A stretch of 64,000 bases of DNA, from assembly GCA_038087875.1 (NCBI GenBank), contig CM075996.1, forward strand, positions 6,574,001 to 6,638,000, written 5' to 3'. Position numbers and translations under genes: made by a program. This document shows positions 27,425 through 40,181 of the stretch, in pieces. The stretch comes from Malacoraja senta (lineage: Eukaryota). The first letter of the stretch is position 1; each line of letters opens with the position of its first letter. Under the pieces are notes generated by a model. It was not told where the DNA came from, did not search any database, and saw nothing but the letters and a program-made list of their open reading frames with translations.

Positions 27425-29025
27425 AGGGGGTGGAAGTTAGTAGAGTGGCTATTACTAGGGAGAAAGTGCTTGAGAAGCTGAAAGGGCTGAAGGTGGATAA
27501 GTCACCTGGACCAGATGTACTGCACCATAGAGTTCTGAAAGAGGTTTTAGAGATTGTGGAGGCATTGACAGTGATATTTCAAGAATCACTAGAGTCAGGA
27601 GTGGTCCCAGATGATTGGAAAATTGCACAAGAATGGAGCAAAGCAGAATAGTGGGAACTATAGGCTGGTTAGTCTGACTTTGGTGGTTGGTAAGATTTTA
27701 AGAGTCCATTATAAAGGATGAGGATACGGAGTATTTAGAAGTTCACGATAAAATAGGCCGAAGTCAGCATGGCTTTGTGAAAGGGAGGTCTTGTTTGACA
27801 AATTTGCTGGAATTCTTTGAAGTAAAAGCAGGACAAAGGAGACGCAGTGGATGTTGTCTACTTAGATTTTCAGAAAGCCTTTGATAAGGTGCCACACGTT
27901 AGGTTGCTAAGGAAGATGAGAGCCCAAGGTATCAAAGGGCAGATACTAGCAGGGATAACAGGTTGGCTGGAAGGCAGAAGACAAAGAGTGCCAATAAAGG
28001 AGGCTTTTACGGGTTGGCTGCCAGTAACTAGTGGAGTTCCGCAAGGATCGGTGCTGGGGCCACTACTCTTCATGTTGTGTATTAATGATTTGGACGAGGG
28101 GATTGAAGGCTTTGTGGCCAAGTTTGCGGTTGATACGGAAATAGGTGATGGGGCAGGTAGTGTAGAGAAAGCAGGGACTCTGCAGAAGGACTTGGATAGG
28201 TTGGGAGAGTGGGTAGAGAGGTGGCAGATGGAATATAGTGGAGCAAAGTGTGGAGTCATGCATTTTGCTAGTAAGAATAAGGCATAGACTATTTTCTAAA
28301 TGGGGAGATAATCCAGAAATCGGAGATGCAATGGGACTTGGGAGTGCTGGTGCTGGATTCCCAAAAAGTTAACTTGCAAGTTGAATCGGTAGTACAAAAG
28401 CAAACTCAATGCTAGCATTTATTTCAAGAGGGCTTGTATACAAAAATAAGGATGTCATGTTGAGGTTCTATAAGGCGCTGGGTCAGGCCGCATTTGGAAT
28501 ATTGTGAGCAATTTTGGGCACCATACCTGAGGAAGGATGTGCTGGCTCTGGAGAGGGTCCAGAGGAGGTTTAGAAGAATAATCCCAAGAATTAGTAGGTT
28601 AACCTATGATGAGTGTTTGTCGGCACTGGGCTTGTACTCGCTGGAGTTTGGAAGAATGAGAGGCGACCTCATTGAAACATACAGAATAGTGAAAGGCTTG
28701 GATTGAGTGGATGTGGAGAGGATGTTTCCACTAGGACTAGAGGTCATAGCCTCAGAATTAAAGGACGTTCTTTTAAGATGATGAGGAGACATTTCTTTAG
28801 TGGGTGATGAATCTGTGGAATTCTTTGCCACAGAAGACTGTGGAGGCCAAGTCAGTGGATATTTTTAAGGCAGATAGATTGATTCTTGATTAATACAGGT
28901 GTCAGAGGTTATGGGGAGAAGGCAGGAGAATGGGGTTAGGGGGGAGATAGATAGGCTACAATTGAATGGCAGAGTAGATCAGATGGGCCGAATGGCTTAA
29001 TTCTACTCCTATCACTTATGACCTT
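27425..29025 (+). mobile_element. CR1-clade LINE, 3' half, decayed
   Basis: KSPGPD, YLDFQKAFDKVPH and GVPQGSVLGP motifs; CR1 3' tail. Confidence 0.9.
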
Positions 29026-29173
29026 AAGGCTTTGTTACCTGAACTAGTGCATTACAATGCTGAAAACTATATTCTGCACTCTGTATTTTTCCCTTTGCTC
29101 TATCGATTGTACTTGAGCTTTTAATTTATTGGAATCAATTCTCAGGACCAGTACTAACAAAAAGGCACAGATT

Positions 29174-32100
29174 AATAGTAAGATTAAACGAGAACTTACC
29201 TAAGTTTGAAGTTTGATCTTTATTTTATGAGGAGTTACGTAGGTGATTACGTGAAGAAGCCCGTCAGTGCGCCTGCGCGTCAATCTTCAAAGCAGCGGTG
29301 TGAAATCACAAAAAACAAGAACCGAAGTAATATAGTCTCATACTAAAACGAGTAATACAACTTCCATCTGACCTTTATGATAGAGGGTAGGGTCGTGGCG
29401 GGCACGTAATCACCTACGTAACTCCTCATAAAATAAAGATCAAACTTCAAACTTAGGTAAGTTCTCGTTTAATCTTACTATTTTACTTCGGAGTCACGTG
29501 AGTGACTACGTGAAGATTTTAAAGCTTTGTGATTTCATGCCGTGGATCAATCCCGGCTTCTCACTGCATAGATTGACTCGGAACGAGAATAATCAATCAT
29601 GCATTCATAATAACATTTGTACCACAAATGCAGTAATTCATTTCAAGAATGAAATGAATCAGATCCCCTTTAAACCAGAGGAATTTACACAGAACTTAAA
29701 ATAGTTTCTGCAAACAACCCCGCATTAACAATAGGCCGATGGTAAAAATATTGAAACATCAACTCATTGGACCACCCGGCGGCTGCGAGGATATGGTCGA
29801 CGGGGCCGTCTTTTGCCCTGGCCTCCGACATTTCTGCTGCCCTAGCCGAGTGAGACGTAAAAACATAAGTGTTAATACCAGCAGCTGTTAAGACTTATTT
29901 TATCCATCTGGAAATAGTCTGTATTGAAACTCTCTTGTGTGGTTTCTTGTGTGTGATCAAAAACCCAGTTTCCGTATTCTCAAATTCTTTGTGACCTCAA
30001 TGTATTGTAATAAATATGTCTTAATACAAAGACATGGATCATATGGATATGCTGCCAGCATAATTTTAAATCCTTGTCACACCTGGCCTAATTTGCTTTA
30101 TTAGATCATAGATATAGAATGTAACCTTGTCTTCAGTTAGTTCCATACTATCTATTTGTAATTTTCCAAGTGTTTGCACTCGTTGTGCTGTCACTCATGC
30201 CATAAACATGAATACTTTCATACTGAGCTTGACCAAAGGTAAAGACACACTTGATAACCATCACGAAGTAGTTTCAGTACCACACTTACATCCCAGATTG
30301 TCACGTACCTAGGTTTCGGTGGTTTGGAATTAAAGATTCCTTTCATTAGTCTGGAAACAATTGGGTGTGACCCAATTGAGTTTCTTTCTGAATCCAGAAC
30401 CAAATATGAGGACAATGCACTTCTGGCTGAATTAATTGCACTACAACTCAGACCTTCGTCATAATAACGTTTTGACAGAAATTCTAAACATTTGAAATAT
30501 CTGCAGTACTTTATTGCACATTCTTTTGTACCCAGAACTTTTCCCATTTCTTAATATAAGAAAGGTACTGTTTGAGTGCTCTTCCTCCAGGCTGCCGTAA
30601 GCATGTCCACAGTATGCTCAGACAGTCCTCGTCCCAGAAAAGGCATTCTTAAAACCTGCAAATCAACAAATCCAAACAATCATATAATGGATGTTGTTCC
30701 CCTGTACAGGGAGCAGCAATAAATTACTCTTTTTTGGGACTTTCATCAACATTCTAATATCAACGGATACCATGGCTGTGTAGGCCAATCTGGTACTACC
30801 AATACCCTTGAAGCAGCATCTTGCCTGATTTAAACAAACATTGGCTTATGAGGCAGAAAGGTGGAAATATATATGAAAACATACCACCCCAATGTAGCGA
30901 GAAAGCATCAATCGCCACTGCTCCTGGATCTGGTTTCCATGAGACATATCTCGATAGCTGATGATTCAAGTCGATGTCGGTCATTCCAAATCTGATGACT
31001 ATATCATTGAATACCTCTTGATTCAACATCCATTCTTTATTATCATGGAACCTTTCGTGACTTGGTGTCTGCTATCGTTCATTCTACCTGGTAGATAGAT
31101 AGCTGAAATCCAAATGTTCTTTTCAATACACCAAGCCCAAAGTTCACCGACTTAATTCCATATCATTAATATAAACAACTACTGTTGTGTTATCAATTTG
31201 AACTTGAACATGCTTATTAGTTGTGTTAGAACAATAAGCTTGGAGCCCATAGAAACATCCTAGAAGCTCCAAATAGTTAATTCCCCATGTCTGCAGTAAC
31301 AATGACTCTTCCTGATTCCATCTGCCTCCTCAGCTAGACGTTAAGTCAGTTGCACCCCATCCTGGTGCACTGGCATCAGTTTGTAATATCATGGAAGGTT
31401 GTTCAATCAGCACTTTGCTGGAACTGCTTGAGACATGTAGAATCCACCACTGCAGACCAGAAACAGCATTTGTTGTTAGTTGCATGGTTCTATCAAAATG
31501 ACCAACATGCATTCTCGGTGCCTGTTCTTTAAGTCTCTGCAGCTGTTGATAATGTAATGGTCCAAATTGGACTGCTGGGAATGCTGCTACTAATTTTCCC
31601 AGTACACAAGCCACCTGTCTAATTGAAGGTTTTTGCTCGTTTAGGAGATTACTGCAATCTTTAATCAAATCCACCCTTTTCCCTGGGCAAAGTGATATTC
31701 ATTTGGACTGAATCAATTGTGAACCCCAAATAATTAATAGAGGTACATGGTGTTAACCTATATTTCTGTGGATGAATTAGAAACCCCAACTTTTCAAAAG
31801 TTGATTTCACAACTGCAACAGATACTTCTGTTGACTGTTTTGTCTTTCCTATAATCAAGACATCATCCAAATATGCTATTAGTACATGCCCCTGGCTACT
31901 CAGCAAGCCCAGAATTGGTTTTAACAATTTTTGTGAATATTCTGAGTGCAGATATTAACCCATTAGGCAGAGCTTTGAACTGCCACAACTGGTTCATCCA
32001 TTTAAATTTAAGATACTTCCTATCTTCTGAATGAACAGACACTGAATAATATGCATCTTTCAAGTCTATAGTTGCCATATAACATGCTTCTGAAATAAGC

Positions 32101-33925
32101 TGTTTGGCAGTCACAAATGTTTCCATTTTAAAATGTCTAAATTGCACAAAAGGATTCAGATTTATCAAATCTACAAGAATCCTACATCCTCCATCCTTTT
32201 TTGATCGAGGAATATTTTTGACACAAATTGGTGACTTTGGTAGACTGATTTTTCAATAACCCCTTTTTTTATATAGGGTTTCAATTGCAACCTGAACCTC
32301 CATCACTTCTTTTTGTACAAAGTGCAGAGTTCGGCTAGGAACATGCTGAACAGGCAACTCATAATTTGGATTGAATTCAATTCGAAATCCTTGTATATTA
32401 TTCAGGATTACCACATCTGAAGTAATTTTCTTCCAATTATTATAGAAGAAATGTAACCTGCCTCCAACTTTTGGACTTAATCCAGTTAGTATGTTCCCAT
32501 GAGAACCAGGTCCACCTATCTCTTGAGTCATTTCAGTACCCTGAGATTCCTGGGTTCTCCCGGAAGCACGCCCACTGGTTCTTGCTCCCGCTGCAGGCCG
32601 CCAACTACGTCCCTGCGTTGATGAGCGACTTGGTCCAGGATCCGTATGACGTCTGAAAGGATACTTCCTCTTTACAGACTTCACAACCATTGATGTCTTC
32701 ATCAATCCTGTTTTCGCTTCATCTTCCAACTCTTTAATACGTCTCCCGAGATCTCTCCAAAGAGTAAGTTGGGTAATTTGTATATTACTTGGTTTGCAGA
32801 GTGCTGCGAATTTCGGATTCATAGTAGACCGTATAGCACTTCTCGAAGTGGGTGCTGCATAGCAACCCCAGTGCTTGCTGATGCAACTTCGTCATCTTTT
32901 GGTTGTTACCTGCTATTCTGGTAAAAGCAGTTATTCCAGAACCCAGCAGCTTTAATATTCTCTGCAACTGATTCCAGATACTCTTGCAGTCTCATCCATT
33001 TCATGCTGTTCCAGCTAATGGTAAACCAAGTAATTTATTAAGGAGGCCAGTTCTTCCTAATGGCTCTCCTGACCCTGACGGGGCAGCGAATCCTACTACC
33101 AGGGTTGGAACATCTGGCAGCTGCCTTTCATCGCCTTGTACAGCCTCACCGTCAGAGTCGGGTCTGAAATCTCATGACCCGTAGCACGCTCCTCATTCCT
33201 GAGGGTGCATTCCATCAGCCCTGAGCCAGGTGCTGTTAAGCTGCTCCTGCAGCTTGGATTACAGTACACTCCTTCCTGAGTGAACTTTTGCTCCAACAAC
33301 CTATGAAAAAGGCTTCTATTTGGGCAATACGCTCGAAAGCAGTATCTAGCCCTGTACCAGGAGCTGTTTGAGCTGTTTCCAGCAGCTTGGCTTTCAGAAC
33401 ACTCCTCACTGAGTGAACGTTGCTCCAACAGCCTGGGTAAAAGGCTTTCTATTTGGGCAATACGCTCTAAAGCAGTATCTAGCCCTGGAGCTTCTTCATT
33501 GCCTGGGACTCCCTCCGTTGGGATTTAAACTTCGTCTTTTGCCCGACAGGCGCTGACTGTGTTTTCACCAGCCCCAGGTCCACAGTCGCTATGCTCACCG
33601 CTGGCGACTGTACCGGGGTTTTAGAGGCGGTTGGTCTCTAACCGCGAACTCCCGACTTTCCCGACTTCTGTCGGCTATGTCGCTCGCCTCTTCCCCCTGT
33701 CCGTTTTTTCCCATGGCGTCTGTGGAAAAAATCGCCATAGACCCACAGTAAACGGACCTGGAAAACCTGTAAAAAAGTTTTTACTTACCTTGTAGTTGAA
33801 AACTACAAACCACTCGAGGAGCACTGCTCCTCACGTCCGTTTGCGTCAAGGCGTCTGACGTAATGACGCGCAGGCGCACTGACGGGCTTCTTCACGTAGT
33901 CACTCACGTGACTCCGAAGTAAAAT
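29174..33925 (-). mobile_element. DIRS1-like tyrosine-recombinase retrotransposon (gag, RT/RNaseH, methyltransferase-like domain, YR); full-length structure with decayed ORFs
   Basis: RT motifs VGGRL, IDLKDAY, ALPNGL and YLDD; RNaseH QTDAS; MT-like WKPDP..IDAF..W...Y.FPPF; YR HSAR...AGWS...FY. ITRs at 29248-29282 and 33864-33898; ICR at 29403-29516. Confidence 0.93.
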
Positions 33926-34816
33926 CAAGGGCAACATGGATTTGTTCAGGGAGATTTTCTAATATCTCAGTGCTCGAGTTTTTAATCTCTCTTTTGGGGT
34001 AAGTCACTTTCCTAGTTTAGTTTGTTATTGTCACGTGTACGGGGGTACAGAGAAAAGCTTTTTTTGGGTGCTATTCAATCCACAAAAATACTATAGATGG
34101 TTACAATCAAGCTGTCCACAGTGCACAGATACAGGATAAAGGGAATAACTTTTAGTTCAGAATAAACTCCAGTAAAGTCCAATTAAAGATAGTCTAAGGG
34201 TCTCCGTCCGATGAGTTAGACAGGGGGCCAGGACTGCACTCTGGATGGTGAGAGGACAGTTCAGTTGCCTGACAAAAACTGGGAAGAAGCTGTCCCCAAT
34301 CCTGGAAAGGAGGTTGGTTTGCGCAATGGTCTGGGCTACATCCACAACTCTGCAATTTCTTGCAGTCTTATATGGAGCTGTTCCCAAACCATTTACTCTT
34401 CCTGGCCTTCTCATAATTTTGTATAGAATTGATGTCTCCCTTTAGCCAGAGTGTTTCAAAGAAAACAAGTCTGGCACATCCAATCTTTTCTTGTAGCTAC
34501 AAATATAATTTTTTAGCAGCTGAACAAATCAACTGTTTTGAGGAGGAAACAAGAAGAATTTGTGAGGACAATGTAATTGAAAGAGTCTAATTGAATTTTG
34601 GCAACGTTTTTGACAAAATGTTACATGGCAAACTGGTCAAAAAAGCAAGTCCATGGGATCCAAGAAAGTGTCAAATCAGATTCTAAATTTGTTCAGCTGC
34701 AAGAGGCAAAGAGTAATGGATGACAGGTGTTTTTGTGACTGGAAGGTTGATAACGAATGGTTCAGTGCTCCTTCCTTTGCTTTTCACAATATATATTAAT
34801 GATTAACATTAAATTT

Positions 34817-35725
34817 CCTTACTACATTGAAATCATAGCTTGTCCTCCAATTTAGGTTTCTCCCAACACTTTAAATACATAACCTGCCACCTCCAAGCTA
34901 AAAAAAACAACCTTGACATTACCTGAAACAACAACTGATTTCACACTTAAACCCCAGCCAGTAAACCTGGCCATTCGTCTCAGTTTTTCTTCGTTAAATA
35001 GACATGAGGAAATAATGTACTCCACTGGTAACTTGAAACATTGCCTGATAGATCTTAATGAACTAGGCTGAAGAACTTTATGCTGCAATACTCTAAAGAC
35101 CTATGCTGTCAGGTGACATAACAGGCAGGGCATTAAATGGATAGTTTAGAAAGCATTTCACAGTCTTTCTCCAGAATAGCACAATACAAAATAGATCTAT
35201 TTTATTGGGAAGACATTAAATTTGATACAAAAGTACAAGGTTCATTTATAAGTCACCAGGTACTGAAACCCACTAGGGTTTACCAATGTTATACAGATTA
35301 ACATAAAACAGTCGAACAAACTCAGCAGGTCAAGCAGCATCTGTGGAAGGAAATGGTAAGAGGCTGCAGGTGCTGGAATCCTAAGAAAGAAAACTGCTGG
35401 AGGAACTCAGCGGGTCAGTCAGCATCTGTAGAGGACAATAGTAAGAGTCAGCAGATGCTGGAATCCTAAGAATAAACACAAACTACTGGAGGAAGTAACC
35501 GGGTCAGGCAGCATCTGTAGAGGACAATAGTAAGAGTCAGCAGATGCTGGAAGAAGTCAGCGGGTCAGGCAGCATCAGCAACGGGAAATGCAAGGGACTA
35601 GAATTTCTAAAATACTGAGGAGGTAATTTCCCTCGCCATTTTTACCACAGATGCTATCTGGCCCTCAAGCAGTTTGCTTCTTGCTCAAGACTCCAGTATC
35701 TGCAGTCTCTTGTATTTCCATTATA
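34817..35725 (+). repeat. Direct duplicate of 23721-24512
   Basis: Long collinear near-identity visible by eye (ctacattgaaatcatagcttgtcc...ctgcagtctcttg). Confidence 0.9.
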
Positions 35726-38221
35726 GCATAAAGGGAACAACATTTAGTGCAGGATAAGTCCAGTAAAATCCAATTAAAGAAAGTCCAAGAGTCTCTGATG
35801 AGAAACAGCAGGTCAGGACCCTGGTTGGTAAGAGGACAGTTCAGTTGCCTGATAAAAGCTGGGGAAAAACTGTCCCCAAATCTGGAAGGGAGGTTGGTTT
35901 GCACGATGGCTGGGCTACGTCCACAACTGCAATTTCTTGCAGTCTTATATGGAGCTGTTCCAAAACCATTTACTCTTCCTGGCCTCCTCACAATTTTGTA
36001 TATAAATTGCTAAAGAGTAAAAGTAATGGATGACAGGTGTTTTTGTGGCTGGAAGGTTGATAGCGAATAGTTCAGTGCTCTGTCCTTTGTATTTCACAAT
36101 ATATATTAATGATTTACATTTAAATTTGCGAAAGCTTCGGAGGATAGCTTTACGTTACAGAAGGATATGCGTGGTCACATCAGTTATAAGGTCAAAGTGG
36201 TACGAGCAGAATTAGGGGATTCGACCCATCAAGTCTACTCCGCCATTCAATCATAGCTGATCAATCTCTCCCTCCTAACCCCATTCTCCTTCCTTCTCCC
36301 CCAAACCCCGTACTAATCAATAATCTATCTATGCTTTAAAAATATCCATTGACAGCCTCCACAGCTTTCTGAGGCAAAGAATTCCACAGATTCACCACCC
36401 TCCAATTAAAGAAATTCCTCCTCATTTTCCGAAAGGAACGTCCTTTAATTCTGAGGCTCTGACCTCTAGTCCGCGACTCTCCCACTAGTGGAAACATCCT
36501 CTCCACATCCACTCTATTTAGAATTTAATTCAGGGAAGTGTGAAGTAATGCATTTGCGAGATGCAGGGCAAGAAAATTCACAGATATCGAGGGGTATAGA
36601 GGTAGAGTGCACGTTCAGAGATTCTTTAAATTGGCACGATGGTTTGATAAAAAGACATTCAGAATCCTATCAGTTAAAGTGCTAGCTATCAGATAAGCTA
36701 TAAGAGGAAGATTGCAACAGAACTGAACACAACACTACTGAGACTGCAAGAACAGAATTAATCATTGGAGCAACAGAGAAGATTTATAGTTGTTGTCAAA
36801 ACTGGAAATTTTTGGCAACAAGAATGGATATGGCCAGATTGTTTTCCTTGCATGTGTGGCTGGAAACATCAGTTATATATTAAATTAAGAGAAAACTAGA
36901 AAGACTAAATAGGAAGAATCTGCTTCCCTCAAAAGAGAGGTTAAAAAAGAGGGCAGACGTATAAGACAATTGGTAAGATAAGAGGTGTGATGAGAATTTT
37001 ATTTTCCACCCAAGAGGGCAGTACAGATCAGGAACTCACTACCATAAAGAACAGGCAGAAGCTGTCATCTTTAAAACTACTTGGTTGTGTATCTGAGCAG
37101 TCATTACCTCCATGCCTGACCCTGTGCCAATTTGAGCATGGTTTCAGAGAGTAATAACAACATTGTTACCTGCAGAGGGAAATGGACAGTCGACGTTTCC
37201 AGTCGAGACCCTTCCTCTGGGCTGCCAAGAGGAAGGGTCTCAACCAAAAACATTAACGGTCTAATTTCCTCCACGATCGGTGTCTGGCCAACTGAATTCC
37301 TGTAACAGTTTGCTTATGCTTCAAATTTCAGCATCTTTTGTATCTCAAAGATTATTACTGTTGTGGTACTGTTTGAAACTTGGTCTTCAGTCCCTCAGCT
37401 GAGCCTCTGACTTAGAATGTAAAAAGATACTACACGGGAACATGCCCTTCGGCCCACAATGTCGGTGCTAAACACAATGCCGTGGTAAATTAATCACATC
37501 TGATTACACGTAATCCATATCCCTCTGTTCCTAGTTCTTTGCATATCACTCATTCTATTCTGGACAGCTCTCCTTTCTGTTCTTAGGTATTCTCCAGCCC
37601 CAAGGTGTTTCAGTCGGAAGAAGGGTCCCGACCTGAAACATCATCCATCCTTTTTTCTCCAGAGATGCTTCCTGACCCGCTGTGTTACTCCACCACTTTG
37701 TATCTGTCGGTGATATCCTGATACTTAATAAATAACACAATCTTTGTCACACCACTGTTAGCTGAAGAGAACAGCACTGAATATCCCGGCTGTTAACACA
37801 CCCCATACCACTGATGAGACGCAAAAAGCTGGAGTAACTCCGCGGATCAGGCAGCATCTCTGGAGAAAATGAATAGGTGACGTTTCAGGTCGTGACCCTT
37901 CTTCAGACAGAGTCAGGGGAGAGGGAAACAAGAGATATGGAAAGGTACATAGAAAAAAATGAATGAAAGATATGCAAAAGGACAAATCACAGCCAGTAAC
38001 AATGATCAAGGAAACAACTCACTGAGTTACTCCAGCTTTTTGTGTTTATCTTCAAGGTAAACCAGCATCTGCAGTTCTGAAGAAGGGTCTCGACCCGAAA
38101 TATCACCCATTCCTTCTCTGCAGAGACGCTGCCTGTCCCGCTGAGTTACTGCAGCATTTTGTGTGCCTACCTTCAGTGTAAACCAGCATCTGCAGTTGCC
38201 TCCTACACGGGAACCCCTTAC

Positions 38222-38311
38222 CTCTCACTTCCTAGTTCACAGGTCAGTTTGCCCCTTCTCCTCATAGTCTTGGTTCACATCTTATACTTGGTGGAAACAA
38301 ACTGCAGGGCT
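38222..38311 (-). other. Candidate 90-nt 5'UTR exon of the epsin gene
   Basis: Unique sequence between repeats, bounded by ttttgtctgtccccAG and AG|GTAAGG. Confidence 0.45.
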
Positions 38312-39050
38312 CTGGGGACAGACAAAATGTGTGGGAAGGGACTGCAGATGCTGGTTTAGGCCGAAGATAGACACAAAATGCTGGAGTAACTCAGGGGGAC
38401 AGGCAGGCAGCATCACTGGATAGAAGGAATGGTTGACGTTTCGGGTCGAGACCCTTCCTCAGAGTGAGAGTCAGGGGAGATGGTCATGGCTCAACCCCAG
38501 GGCAAGCACAAGCACCACAGGACCGGTGGCTTCCTACTGTAAGGGCCACTCTCAGCTGCAGAATCTAAAGGACATTATCATTTCCAATGACAAGGGCCTC
38601 AATACAAATAGGATTACTGACAGATTTATAAGGGGTTGTAACTAATGTTTAACCCCCTCCCCTCCTCGATTTATTACACCTCCAATAAACCTCCCCACAC
38701 CAATGCCTGTAGAATCTCAACGGCAAATACGCCAATTCATTGTGGAGGCGGCTTGCCGTGCGGAACATCAACACCAGACGGGGTTAAGGAGACAACGCCC
38801 TGGATTTCAGGTAGTCGCCGCCTCTCCCTCCGCCTCAGGGCGGCCAGCGTCAGCAGGAAAAGCCGAGGCGGCGGTCGCGGCCTGCGCCTCAGGCAGGCGG
38901 AAAACAGGGGTGCGAGGTTTTAATTTTAAATTTCTAACCGGCGGAGGTAGATGCCGTGCCGAGGCGAGGGTGACTGGGCCGGCTTTTTAAACATTTAGCG
39001 GCGTGGGGGGAAGGGGGGAGCCTGAGGCTGTGAAACCGTTGAGCACTCAC

Positions 39051-39273
39051 CGCCTTCCCGCTCGATCCCGGCCGGACTGCACCTCAAGTCCCGCCCCCCG
39101 CTGGTCCCGCCCACCCGGCCGTTAGGGGCGGGTCTCCCACCCCCTCCTCCAATAACAGCCCAGCTTCAGCGCCCGCTCCTGAGTGACCTCCACCTCCTCC
39201 AACAACACGCCGGTCTGATGAGACCGACAGCCGCGCCAGCCAATGGATGGACGGTTCTCCTCGCCGGAGGGGC
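39051..39273 (-). promoter_or_regulatory. CpG-rich promoter and putative non-coding exon 1 of the epsin gene
   Basis: CpG-rich stretch about 38740-39273 with several GC boxes (ccgccc/gggcgg) and CCAAT motifs (about 39149 and 39240). Minus-strand donor G|GTGAGT at 39050. Truncated by the gap. Confidence 0.65.
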
Positions 39274-40153
39274 NNNNNNNNNNNNNNNNNNNNNNNNNNN
39301 NNNNNNNNNNNNNNNNNNNNNNNNNNNNNNNNNNNNNNNNNNNNNNNNNNNNNNNNNNNNNNNNNNNNNNNNNNNNNNNNNNNNNNNNNNNNNNNNNNNN
39401 NNNNNNNNNNNNNNNNNNNNNNNNNNNNNNNNNNNNNNNNNNNNNNNNNNNNNNNNNNNNNNNNNNNNNNNNNGCCCGTCCCGCTGAGTTACTCCAGCAT
39501 TTTGTGTCTTACCTTCGATTTATAACCATGCATCTGCAGTTCTTTCTTACACAGGTTTGTAGATTCATTTGTTTTGGTTTAAAAAAAAAAATTGTCCTTC
39601 GTGTGTGTGTGGGATAGTGCTAGTAGTGTACGGGGATCGCTGGTCGGCGCGGACTCGGTGGGCCGAAGGGCCTGTTTCCACGCTGTATCTCTAAACTAAA
39701 CTAAACTAATTTATTTTGTGGAAGTCCGTAGCTGGGTCTGGCCTTTCGGTCAGCCCAGATTCTCAGCAACTCTCCTGCGAAGCGATTGAGCAAGTCCCAG
39801 CCAGTCACAGGATCAAGGCTGCAGCAGTCTGTATTCCTGTAAATGGCTCGGTTGTAAATAAGGCTCGGAGCGAGAGACGTCAATCCCTGACCCTACCCGG
39901 GAGATGAGGGGGGCCTCCGAGAATTGGCCATGTCTTCTGAGGAACCCAGAATGAAGTCGCAGAGGCCCAGAGAAGGGAAGGGGGACAGAGTGCCAGACGG
40001 CTTGATGCATTAAAAAAAAACAAGGAGGAACCAGTCCAAGTTTTGAGGGAATAAAACGTGACTGCCTCCCAAAAAAAACAAGATCTGGAAACACAAGAGG
40101 CCATTCAACTCACTTGGCAAGTGCAAGTCACACTCGGATAATAATAGATCAGA

Positions 40154-40181
40154 CTGAAGAAGGGTCTCGACCCGAAACGTC
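40154..40181 (+). ncRNA. Minimal type-I hammerhead ribozyme-like motif in a Penelope pLTR-derived repeat (representative copy)
   Basis: CTGAAGA-A-GGGT(ctcg)ACCC-GAAAC-GTC: CUGANGA core, stem II, GAAA, palindromic ACGT stem III and GUC triplet. Activity is untested. Confidence 0.65.

Noticed and set aside
30796..31029. Bacterial or phage-like adenine methyltransferase as horizontal transfer or contamination
   Set aside because: It is the normal MT-like domain of DIRS1 elements, in the expected position between RNaseH and YR.
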